From Planctomycetota bacterium (GTDB lineage Bacteria > Planctomycetota > UBA8742 > UBA2392): a stretch of DNA of 64,000 bases. The stretch lies in assembly GCA_019912315.1 (NCBI GenBank), contig JAIOJA010000008.1, positions 45,668 through 109,667 of the forward strand. Reading direction: 5' to 3'. Under the pieces are notes generated by a model that saw nothing but the letters and a program-made list of their open reading frames with translations, had not been told where the DNA came from and made no database searches. A program made the position numbers and the translations under genes. Shown here piece after piece: positions 10,218 to 18,506 of this stretch (positions are counted from its first letter, which is position 1; each line of letters starts with the position of its first letter).

Positions 10218-11264
10218 CTACCACTCCGCCAGGTCCAGTACAACTTTGCCGAACGCCTGCCGCGATTCCACGTACTCGTGAGCCTTGCCGACCTCGCGCA
10301 CCGGGAACACGCGGTCCACAACCGGGCGCAGCTTCTTTTGACTCAGCAGCTTCCACACCGCCAACTGGTCAGCCTTCGGGCCCATGGTGCTGCCGATGAT
10401 GCTCACGCGCTTGAAAAACACAGCGCGCAGATTCAACGGCACCTCGCCACCCGTGGTGCTGCCGCACATGACAATGCGCCCGCCCCACTTGATCACCTTC
10501 ATGTTACCGGCGAAGGTATCCGGGCCCACATGGTCGAAGACCACATCCACGCCCGCCCGCCCGGTGATCTTCTTTGTCTCTTCGACAAAGTCGTGCGTCC
10601 TGTAGTTAACCATGTAGTCGGCGCCAAGAGCTTTCGCTTTCACTAGTTTTTCGTCACTGCCCGCGGTGGTTATCACCGTCGCGCCAAGCAGCTTCGCGAT
10701 CTGGATGCCCGCGCTCGTGACTCCGCTGCCGGCGGCGTGCATCAGCACCGTTTCGCCCGGCTGGAGGTCCGCCTTGCGCACCATGGTGTAAGCCGTCAAG
10801 AACACCAGCGGGCAGGCCGCGGCATCCGTGAACGACATGTCGTCCGGCATGGGCATCAGGTTGACCGCGGGCGCGTCCATGTATTCCGCGCAGCCACCGT
10901 TGCGAGTCTCGCCAAAAATGCCGTAGTCGCGCGCGAGGTGGATGTTGCCGCTCATTGCTTCTTCGGACGTGGGTCTGGCAAAACCGGGCATGACGGCCAC
11001 GCGGTCGCCGATCTTTACGTTGTCAACCAACTCGCCCTTGGCGGCGACCACGCCCGCGATGTCGGTACCCAGGATCATAGGCAGGGGAAACTTGTGCCCC
11101 GGCACGCCCTTGCGCACCCACAGGTCCAGGTGATTAATCCCCGCAGCCTTGACGCTGATCAGCACTTCGTCCGGCTTAATTGCGGGCTTCGGCGCGTCTT
11201 CGATCAGCAGTTTGTCGATGCCGCCGTGCTCACGGACCAGTACGGCTTTCATGGTTTCAGTCAT
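10218..11264 (-). CDS. Zinc-binding/medium-chain dehydrogenase-reductase family NADPH:quinone oxidoreductase
   Basis: MDR family hallmarks: KAVLVREHGGIDKL at the N-terminus; Rossmann motif (LMHAAGSGVTSAGIQIAKLLGATV); C-terminal FGKVVL. Confidence 0.8.
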   Translation of the reverse strand: MTETMKAVLVREHGGIDKLLIEDAPKPAIKPDEVLISVKAAGINHLDLWVRKGVPGHKFPLPMILGTDIAGVVAAKGELVDNVKIGDRVAVMPGFARPTSEEAMSGNIHLARDYGIFGETRNGGCAEYMDAPAVNLMPMPDDMSFTDAAACPLVFLTAYTMVRKADLQPGETVLMHAAGSGVTSAGIQIAKLLGATVITTAGSDEKLVKAKALGADYMVNYRTHDFVEETKKITGRAGVDVVFDHVGPDTFAGNMKVIKWGGRIVMCGSTTGGEVPLNLRAVFFKRVSIIGSTMGPKADQLAVWKLLSQKKLRPVVDRVFPVREVGKAHEYVESRQAFGKVVLDLAEW

Positions 11265-11308
11265 GGTCGCGCATCCTAGCGGTGATCACCCCGCGCACAA
11301 CGAATCGG

Positions 11309-12460
11309 CTAGCTTGCCTGTTCGCGGGCCCAACGGTCGGCTTCCAGCACTTGCTCCAGGCTGGGTTGGGCGATGTTGTCGTGTTTGTCTACGACTGTCC
11401 GGACGGTCTTGTAGATGTCGAGGTAGGCGATCTTTTCGTTGAGGAACTTGTCCACGGCTACCTCGTTGGCAGCGTTGAACACGGCGCCAAGTGTGCCGCC
11501 CGCGTCGGCAACAGCAAAGCCGAGTTCGAGGGCCGGGAATTTTTCATAATCCACGGGCTCGAACGTGAGCGTGGCCATTCTCTCCCAGGGCCAGGTCGGC
11601 ACCGGCTGCTCGATACGATCCGGGTAGCTAAGCGCAAACTGGATCGGAATCTTCATGTCCGTCGGGCCCAGGTGCGCGATGATGCTGGCGTCCACGTATT
11701 CGACCATGGAGTGAATCACGCTCTGCGGATGAATCACCGCATCGAGGCGCGAGCGCGGCACGTCGAACAGCCAGCGCGCCTCGATAACTTCCAGCGCCTT
11801 GTTAAACAGCGTGCTGGAGTCGATCGTAATCTTGGGCCCCATGTCCCAAGTCGGATGCTTTAAAGCCTGCTGCAGGGTGACTTCCTTCAACTCGACAAGC
11901 GGCGTGGTTCGGAACGGTCCGCCGCTCGCTGTCAGGATGATGCGTTTGACTTCGGAATTCTTCTCGCCCCGCAGGCACTGGAAGATGGCGCTGTGCTCAC
12001 TGTCCACAGGCAACAGCTCCGCGCCTGTTTCCTTGCAGATGGCCGTGAGCAACGGCCCTGTCATCACCAGCGATTCCTTGTTGGCAAGGGCGATGCGCTT
12101 GCCTCGCCTGGCCGCTTCCAGCACGCTGGGCAGACCCGCCGCGCCGGTGACACTCGCAAGCAGCACGTCGTAATCCAGCTCGCGCGCCATGTCGGACATG
12201 TGCCCGTCGCCGCCCAGCAGCCACTCCGTCTTGGTGTCGAGTGCCTTGATTGCTTCAGCCGCATCTTTGGCGGCCGCGCCGTTGGTGAGGCAGGCAACTT
12301 GCGGGCGAAACTGTTTCACACATTCGATCAGTTCAGCGTGTCGCTTGCCGGCCGCGACGCCGACCAACTCGAAGCGGTCTGCGTGCTTGCGCAGAACGTC
12401 GAGAGTGCTCGCGCCGATGCTGCCGGATGCGCCAAGTAGCAGAACTTTGGTTCGTGCCAT
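11309..12460 (-). CDS. dxr: 1-deoxy-D-xylulose 5-phosphate reductoisomerase
   Basis: N-terminal LLGASGSIGASTLDV NADPH-binding motif. Conserved motifs LANKESLV, PVDSEHSAIFQCL and LTASGGPFR. Length 383 aa. Confidence 0.9.
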   Translation of the reverse strand: MARTKVLLLGASGSIGASTLDVLRKHADRFELVGVAAGKRHAELIECVKQFRPQVACLTNGAAAKDAAEAIKALDTKTEWLLGGDGHMSDMARELDYDVLLASVTGAAGLPSVLEAARRGKRIALANKESLVMTGPLLTAICKETGAELLPVDSEHSAIFQCLRGEKNSEVKRIILTASGGPFRTTPLVELKEVTLQQALKHPTWDMGPKITIDSSTLFNKALEVIEARWLFDVPRSRLDAVIHPQSVIHSMVEYVDASIIAHLGPTDMKIPIQFALSYPDRIEQPVPTWPWERMATLTFEPVDYEKFPALELGFAVADAGGTLGAVFNAANEVAVDKFLNEKIAYLDIYKTVRTVVDKHDNIAQPSLEQVLEADRWAREQAS

Positions 12461-12555
12461 GCGCTACTCCTAGCGCCTGACGACGCAAACGTAAAGACTT
12501 CGTGTGCCAAATGAAAAGAGCCCCGGACTTCCGTCCGGGGCTCTGGTTCAGTGTC

Positions 12556-13698
12556 CTAACGTTCGCCGATTGGTTTGAATTTCTTGTCGACATCGCCGAT
12601 GTAATGCGCCTTCGGACGGATCAGCTTGTTGTTCGCCTGCTGCTCGATCACGTGGGCGGCCCAGCCTGAAACGCGGCTGACGGCAAAGATCGGCGTGAAG
12701 ATTTCCGGCGGCAGTCCCATCATGTAATAGGTACTGGCGCTGTAGAAATCGACGTTCGGGTACAGCGGCTTTTCCCGCGCGAGCATGGCCTTCTCAATCG
12801 CGTCGGACATCTCATACCACTTGGTGGTGCCGTACTCTTCGCCAGTCTTCTTGCTCCAGGCCTTCAGGATGGCCGCGCGCGGGTCCAGCACCTTGTAGAC
12901 GCGGTGCCCGAAGCCCATCAGGCGGAAGCCCTTCTCCGCGAACTTCTCATCCAGCCAGCCATCGATCTTGGCGGGCTCACCGATATCGAGCAGGGTCTTG
13001 ATCACCCCTTCATTCGCGCCGCCATGCAGGGGGCCCTTCAGCGCGCCGACCGCGCCCGTGATGGCGCTGTACATGTCGCTGAGAGTCGCCGCGATCACGC
13101 GGGCCGTGAAAGTGCTGGCGTTAAAACTGTGCTCGGCGTGCAGGACCAGTGCAACGTCCATGGTGCGCGCGGCGGCGTCACCCGGCTTTTCGCCGTGGAG
13201 CAGGTACAGGAAGTTGGCCGCATGGCCCAGGTTGTTGTCCGGGGCGATGGGCTCTTCGCCCCGGCGGAAACGATAGTCCGCCGCGACGATTTCAGGAAAC
13301 TGGGCGATCAGACGGATGGCCTTTTTGTAGCGCCCGGCCTCGGTGTTGTCGTTGGGTGCGGAATCGGTAAGGGCCAGTGCGCTGGCGGCCGTGCGCAGCA
13401 CGTCCATGGGGCCGCTGGTCTTGGGCGCGCTCTTGATGACATCGCGAACTCCGTAGGGCAACCCGCGTGCAGCGACAAGTTCTTTTTTCAAGGCGCCAAG
13501 CTGCTCGGCGTTCGGCAGCTCGCCCTTCAGCAGCAGGTAGACGACTTCTTCGTAGCTGCAGTGTTGCGCCAGATCCTCAATACCGTAGCCGTAGTAGTAG
13601 AGCTTGCCGACTTCGCCATCGATCTTGCAGATATGCGTGTCGTCAATGACCACGCCCTGAAGCCCGTAAGCGATCTGGGGTTTGCCGTCTTCTGCCAT
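12556..13698 (-). CDS. gltA: Citrate synthase (short, about 380 aa form)
   Basis: Citrate synthase signature regions (GYGHRVYK; active-site His/Asp context; C-terminal YIGDVDKKF). Size matches archaeal/Gram-positive-type citrate synthases. Confidence 0.8.
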   Translation of the reverse strand: MAEDGKPQIAYGLQGVVIDDTHICKIDGEVGKLYYYGYGIEDLAQHCSYEEVVYLLLKGELPNAEQLGALKKELVAARGLPYGVRDVIKSAPKTSGPMDVLRTAASALALTDSAPNDNTEAGRYKKAIRLIAQFPEIVAADYRFRRGEEPIAPDNNLGHAANFLYLLHGEKPGDAAARTMDVALVLHAEHSFNASTFTARVIAATLSDMYSAITGAVGALKGPLHGGANEGVIKTLLDIGEPAKIDGWLDEKFAEKGFRLMGFGHRVYKVLDPRAAILKAWSKKTGEEYGTTKWYEMSDAIEKAMLAREKPLYPNVDFYSASTYYMMGLPPEIFTPIFAVSRVSGWAAHVIEQQANNKLIRPKAHYIGDVDKKFKPIGER

Positions 13699-13947
13699 GT
13701 CCGGAGCCTTATGAAATGCGGTTTTTTTCTCGTAAGTGGCGTGATTCTAACCCCGCCCCCCGGAGGCGCAAGCGGGACGGAATGCTTGAACCATAAGGGT
13801 TTCCGGGAACGAACAGGGTTAAAGGTCAAAGGCTCAAAGTCCAGGTTCAGCAGTCGCCACGACTTCGACCCTCAACCTTGAACTTTCAACTTTTCCACGT
13901 GCACCACACGCCTTGCGGTCGGGCGCACGATTTGCAAAAACCGGGCC

Positions 13948-14664
13948 ATGACGAACGCCAGGTTCAAGCGCCCGCTGCTGAAACTGTCAGGCGAGGCTTT
14001 TTCGCCGTCCAAAGGCATGGGCATTGACGGTGAGCGGATGCTCGCCATTGCGCGCACCATCAAGGACATTCTCGCGATTCCCGTTGAACTTGCGGTGGTC
14101 GTCGGCGGCGGCAATTTCGTGCGCGGGGCGCAGTTGAACATACCCAGCATCCAGCGCGCCACGGCCGACTACATGGGCATGATGGCAACGGTAATGAACG
14201 CCGTTGCGCTGCAGGACACCTGCGAGAGTATCGGCGTGCAGACCCGCGTACTCAGCAGCATTGACGTGCCCCGCGTCGCGGAAAAGTGGGTGCGCCGCCG
14301 CGCCATGCGCCACATGGAAAAGGGGCGGGTCGTGATTATCGCCGCCGGCACGGGCAACCCCCACTTCACGACGGACACCGCCGCGGCCCAGCGCGCAATC
14401 GAGATCGGCTGCGACGTGATTGTCAAAGCCACCAAGGTGGACGGCGTGTACGACAAGGACCCCGTCACCAACAAGGACGCCAAACGCTTCCAGAAACTCA
14501 CGTATCAGGAAGCCCTGGAGAAAAACCTGCGCTTCATGGATCAGACCGCCATCGCGCTCTGCCGCGAGCACAGGATGCCCGTGTTCGTCACGGACATGAA
14601 CGTGCCCGGCAACATCGAGGCCGCCATCCGCGGCGAAGACGTGGGCACGTTGATCGAAAGCTGA
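13948..14664 (+). CDS. pyrH: UMP kinase
   Basis: N-terminal KRPLLKLSGEAF...VVVGGGNFVRG, a strongly conserved amino-acid-kinase family pattern of PyrH. Length 238 aa. Immediately followed by frr. Confidence 0.9.
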   Translation: MTNARFKRPLLKLSGEAFSPSKGMGIDGERMLAIARTIKDILAIPVELAVVVGGGNFVRGAQLNIPSIQRATADYMGMMATVMNAVALQDTCESIGVQTRVLSSIDVPRVAEKWVRRRAMRHMEKGRVVIIAAGTGNPHFTTDTAAAQRAIEIGCDVIVKATKVDGVYDKDPVTNKDAKRFQKLTYQEALEKNLRFMDQTAIALCREHRMPVFVTDMNVPGNIEAAIRGEDVGTLIES

Positions 14665-14752
14665 GCGTTATGCCCGCTTTCCCGCCTCCTGAAATGCGGT
14701 TTACCCGTACAGCCTGCAACCTATAACCTAAAGCCTCTTGAAGGAGCGGACC

Positions 14753-15319
14753 ATGTCGCGCGATTACGAAACCATCATGCTGGAAACCGAAGAGGCCATG
14801 GACAAGGTGGTCAAACACCTTCACGACGAGTTCGTCGGCATCAGCGCCGGCAAGGCCAGCCCGGCCATGGTCGAGAACATCAAGTTCGACTACTACGGCT
14901 CGCCGACGCCCCTGAAGCAGGCCGCGACCATCAACACACCGGACGCCGCCACCATCACGCTGAAGCCCTTTGACGCCAGCCAGGCCAAGAGCATTACCAA
15001 GGCGATCCTTGAGGCCAACATCGGGCTGACACCAAGCGACGATGGCAAGGTGATCATCTGCCGCATCCCGCCCATGACGCAGGAGAACCGCGAGAGGCTG
15101 GTGAAGCAGTTGAAGGAGATCGCCGAGAAGTCAAAGGTCGGCATCCGCAACGCTCGCCACGAAGGCATCAAGCACGCCGACGCCAGCCTGAAGGAGAGCG
15201 TCCTGACCGAAGACGACCACCGCCAGGCCAAGGAAGAAATCCAGAAGCTGACGGACAAGCACAACAAGGACATCGACGACACGCTCGATAAGAAAACCAA
15301 GGATGTAATGAAGGTCTGA
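14753..15319 (+). CDS. frr: Ribosome recycling factor
   Basis: The 188 aa product contains typical RRF sequence (ISAGKASPAMVENIKFDYYGSPTPLKQAATINTPDAATITL...IRNARHEGIK). AAGGAG Shine-Dalgarno 6 nt upstream of the ATG at 14753. Confidence 0.9.
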   Translation: MSRDYETIMLETEEAMDKVVKHLHDEFVGISAGKASPAMVENIKFDYYGSPTPLKQAATINTPDAATITLKPFDASQAKSITKAILEANIGLTPSDDGKVIICRIPPMTQENRERLVKQLKEIAEKSKVGIRNARHEGIKHADASLKESVLTEDDHRQAKEEIQKLTDKHNKDIDDTLDKKTKDVMKV

Positions 15320-15376
15320 ACAAACGTGCAGGCGCGACTTTCAGGTACTAGAATCACGCCCCGGAAAGGAGTGCCC

Positions 15377-16831
15377 ATGCGATATCTGCTGCTGGTGGCG
15401 GCGCTGCTGTGCGCGCCCGCACTGATTGCCAAGGAAGTTGACGGCAAGCTCGGAGAATCCGGGCTGCGCTGGGAAACCGGCGACGGCAGCTTTGCCCTGA
15501 GCATCCACACCGCGACCATGTTTCGCCTCACCTACCACGACACCCGCGCCGAAGGCAACGACGGCGACAACGGGCGCGACTTCACGAACTTCACGTTCCC
15601 AGGAATCCGCACGTTCATCCATGGGCACCTGTTTGACCGCTCCTTCCAGTATCGCCTGTGGCTGGTCTACAGCTGGCCCACGGGTGGCGTGCGCATTGAA
15701 GACGCTTTCTTCCGCTGGGCGCCGGAGCCGTACTTCAACCTGACCGTCGGCCAGATGCGCGTGCCGGCAAGCTGGGAATACCTGGTCGATCACGAAAACC
15801 AGGGGCTGGCCGACCGCGCCATCGCGGACGAAGCCTTCAGCCAGGGATGGGGCAAGGGGGTTAGCGTTTCCGGGCGTCTGGGGCTCTACGACACGCCCTA
15901 CGACGAAGGGTTGCTGCTATGGGAAGTCGGTGTGTTCAACGGCGTGATCGCCGGCGAAGACGGCGCCCAGGGACGCGGCAGCATTGGAACGAACGGCATC
16001 AACGTATCTGACCAGCGCAAGACCGAGCACTTCGAGGGCGGCTTCCGCAACAGTGACTGGCGCGTAAACGCGGAGAACTTCAGCCAGCTTGTAGATGCAC
16101 AGTTGATGGTAGCCGGGCGTCTTGAGTTTCACCCCATGGGCGAGGTGTTTCGCCACATGGTGGACTTGGATTCGATCGACGATGCGGCGGCCTGGTTCTT
16201 CATTGTCGGCATCGCCGCAAACTACATGAGCGCACGGGTGGATGGATTCACGACTTTCCTCGACAACATCTACTTCAACAACGACGCCGGCGCGTCAGCG
16301 GCCCCACCGGCCAGCGGCCGCAAGCGAGTTGACGCGCAGATATTCCACGCGACGGCGGACGGGCATTTCCGCTGGATCGGGCTCAGTGTGAACTGGGCGC
16401 TGCACATGCGCAGCGTGAATTTCTCGCCCAAAGGAAATCTGAAAGAACAAAACCCGGCGGCGGACCAGTACCTGGCGAAAGCGGTTACCGACTTCGGCGC
16501 GACGATCGACGTAGGCTACTTCGTGCTGGCCAACGAGTTGCTCATCGCCGCGCGATTCAGCTACGTGGACTTCGATGAGTTCAAGTCACGCCAGATCGGA
16601 ACCAACGCTGAAATTGACGGCGACAGCTTCGGCGCCGACAGCTACGAATACGGCGGCGGCCTCGCGTACTACTTCCACGGCGACAATCTCAAGCTGCAAC
16701 TGGACTACCGCTACGTCACACAGCAGTTGCCTCACGGGACATCACGCAGCGGCGCGACGTCACGAACTGTGCGCGTCAGCGACTGGCGCAATTTCCAGGA
16801 GATCCGCCTGCAGCTGCAGTGGATTTTCTAG
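15377..16831 (+). CDS. Putative outer-membrane beta-barrel protein (phosphate-selective porin OprO/OprP-like)
   Basis: Signal peptide MRYLLLVAALLCAPALIA after a GGAG RBS. Alternating amphipathic composition. C-terminal aromatic residue (…LQWIF), typical of OM beta-barrels. Confidence 0.45.
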   Translation: MRYLLLVAALLCAPALIAKEVDGKLGESGLRWETGDGSFALSIHTATMFRLTYHDTRAEGNDGDNGRDFTNFTFPGIRTFIHGHLFDRSFQYRLWLVYSWPTGGVRIEDAFFRWAPEPYFNLTVGQMRVPASWEYLVDHENQGLADRAIADEAFSQGWGKGVSVSGRLGLYDTPYDEGLLLWEVGVFNGVIAGEDGAQGRGSIGTNGINVSDQRKTEHFEGGFRNSDWRVNAENFSQLVDAQLMVAGRLEFHPMGEVFRHMVDLDSIDDAAAWFFIVGIAANYMSARVDGFTTFLDNIYFNNDAGASAAPPASGRKRVDAQIFHATADGHFRWIGLSVNWALHMRSVNFSPKGNLKEQNPAADQYLAKAVTDFGATIDVGYFVLANELLIAARFSYVDFDEFKSRQIGTNAEIDGDSFGADSYEYGGGLAYYFHGDNLKLQLDYRYVTQQLPHGTSRSGATSRTVRVSDWRNFQEIRLQLQWIF

Positions 16832-18444
16832 CCCAGCAGGCGCCAGGCACGAACTGACATTTCGTTTTCTAGGAAGCCTCGCCGCATCTCCGCGTTCTGT
16901 GCTCCGTTGCGGATCAACTCCACTGCGTCGTTGAGACGGTTCTCGGCGTCGATCTTTTCCAGTCCCGACGCGCGCTCATGTACGCCTGCAATGCGCGCAG
17001 TCTGGGCTTCCGCACGATCCCAATCCCTTTGGGCACACGCAGCGCGCACGGCCAGCGTCAGTAGCGTGCAGCTTGTCTCGTCGTCCGAGCGCTCGGACAA
17101 CTGCTCCGCAAGTTCGTGCACCCGGTCAAAGTCGCCGTCGAACAGCGCCACGCGGGCTAGCGCGACACTCGCCATCTGGGACATAAGATCCTGATTTGCC
17201 AGCTCGTTCATTCGTGTTGCACTGGCCCGCGCCTTCTCAAACTCGCCCGCGCCCAATGCAATCTCCACGTGATTCAGGTATGCCTGCACGACATAGCCGC
17301 GATGCATCTCCAGCGGCACCGCGTCGATGGCCTGTGAGGCGACAGACTCGGCCTCGTCCCAGCGCCCGAGAATCCGCAGCGCACCCGACCGCACAATAAG
17401 GGACATGCCGATGGTGTAGGGGTTTGCGCCCTCTTTCGCGATCTCGTGGGCCTCCGCCGCCAGGGCTTCCGCCTCCGATGCGCGCTCCAGGTCGACCTGT
17501 ATCATCGCCGCACTAGCCAGCGCCTGCGACAAGTAGAAACGCTCGCCAAGGGGACGCAGAATCTCGGCGGCAGACTGCAGCGACTGCAACGCCTCGTCCA
17601 TTCTCCCCAGTCGCCGGTACGCCAGCCCGCGATTGGACAGCGTGTTGCCGATGGCGGTCTTGTCGTCGGCCCGCTCCAGCGCTTCGAGCGCGGAGTCATA
17701 CGCCTGCAAGGCTTCGTCGTAACGGTCCAGGCGTTGCAGCGCGTAGGCGATGTTCGCCTGCATAAGCCCGACTCCCGCGTGGTTTTCGCCCCGCGCGTGC
17801 ATCGCCTGTGCCTCGCGAAACTCTTCCAGTGCCTGTTCGAACTCCCAACTGTCGCACGAAAGGATCGCGCGATTGCACAGGATGTTCCCCAGGGTGACGT
17901 GGTCACCAAGCTCACGGGCGGCCTCAGCGGCGCGGTCATAGGCCGCGCGTGTTTTCTCCGGCTGGCGAGACAGGTAGTTGAAGTCGGCCTCATACAGCAG
18001 GAACACCGGAAGCGTGGCGCTGCCGCGTGGAGTTTTCGGCAGATACTCGTCGAGCAACTGGCGCAGGCGTTCAAGGCGCGACGCGTTCAGCAGGTATTTG
18101 CCGAGCCCCTGTGCCAACGTCAGGCGCTGATCGGCACTGAGCCCCGGAAGTTTCAGCGCGCGCTCCAGGTGTTCGATGGCCTCGTTGTTTCGGTACAGTT
18201 TGCCGGCGTGCGCGGCCGCGAGTCTACGGAGGCGTAGTTGCTTCTCGTTCAGTCCGGCGTGCTGGGCGTGATCGGCGAGTTCCGACGCGAACGGCTCAAG
18301 GGCCGAGTCTTCGCCGCCGAGCACGAATTCCATGATCTCCAGCGCGAGCGCATGCAGCGATGTCCGCCCGTCCGGCGTGAACAGCTGGTAGGCGGCGTCA
18401 CGCAACAGGGCATGGCGAAACAGGTAGGCGCGCTCTGCATGCAT
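16828..18444 (-). CDS. TPR-repeat protein (538 aa), whose N-terminus begins at an MHD-like motif reminiscent of the end of a STAND NTPase NB-ARC domain
   Basis: Many Ala/Leu-rich TPR-like repeats (AYALQRLDRYDEALQAYDSALEALE…). N-terminus HAERAYLFRHALLRDAAYQ. Confidence 0.6.
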   Translation of the reverse strand: MHAERAYLFRHALLRDAAYQLFTPDGRTSLHALALEIMEFVLGGEDSALEPFASELADHAQHAGLNEKQLRLRRLAAAHAGKLYRNNEAIEHLERALKLPGLSADQRLTLAQGLGKYLLNASRLERLRQLLDEYLPKTPRGSATLPVFLLYEADFNYLSRQPEKTRAAYDRAAEAARELGDHVTLGNILCNRAILSCDSWEFEQALEEFREAQAMHARGENHAGVGLMQANIAYALQRLDRYDEALQAYDSALEALERADDKTAIGNTLSNRGLAYRRLGRMDEALQSLQSAAEILRPLGERFYLSQALASAAMIQVDLERASEAEALAAEAHEIAKEGANPYTIGMSLIVRSGALRILGRWDEAESVASQAIDAVPLEMHRGYVVQAYLNHVEIALGAGEFEKARASATRMNELANQDLMSQMASVALARVALFDGDFDRVHELAEQLSERSDDETSCTLLTLAVRAACAQRDWDRAEAQTARIAGVHERASGLEKIDAENRLNDAVELIRNGAQNAEMRRGFLENEMSVRAWRLLG

Positions 18445-18470
18445 GGGCGCATCATAGGGATGTTGGTGAC

Positions 18471-18502
18471 GGAAAAGAAACCGGGCCGCGTTGGCGGCCC
18501 GG
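18471..18502 (-). terminator. Rho-independent terminator-like hairpin downstream of the dynamin-like gene
   Basis: CCGGGCCGC-GTTG-GCGGCCCGG (9 bp stem, 4 nt loop), followed on the minus-strand transcript by UUUCUUUUCC. Confidence 0.55.
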
Positions 18503-18506
18503 TTAG

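Noticed and set aside
9816-13881. Long plus-strand ORFs 9816-10646, 10737-11279 and 12904-13881 (180-325 aa)
   Set aside because: Antisense to clearly identifiable qor-like, dxr and citrate synthase genes.
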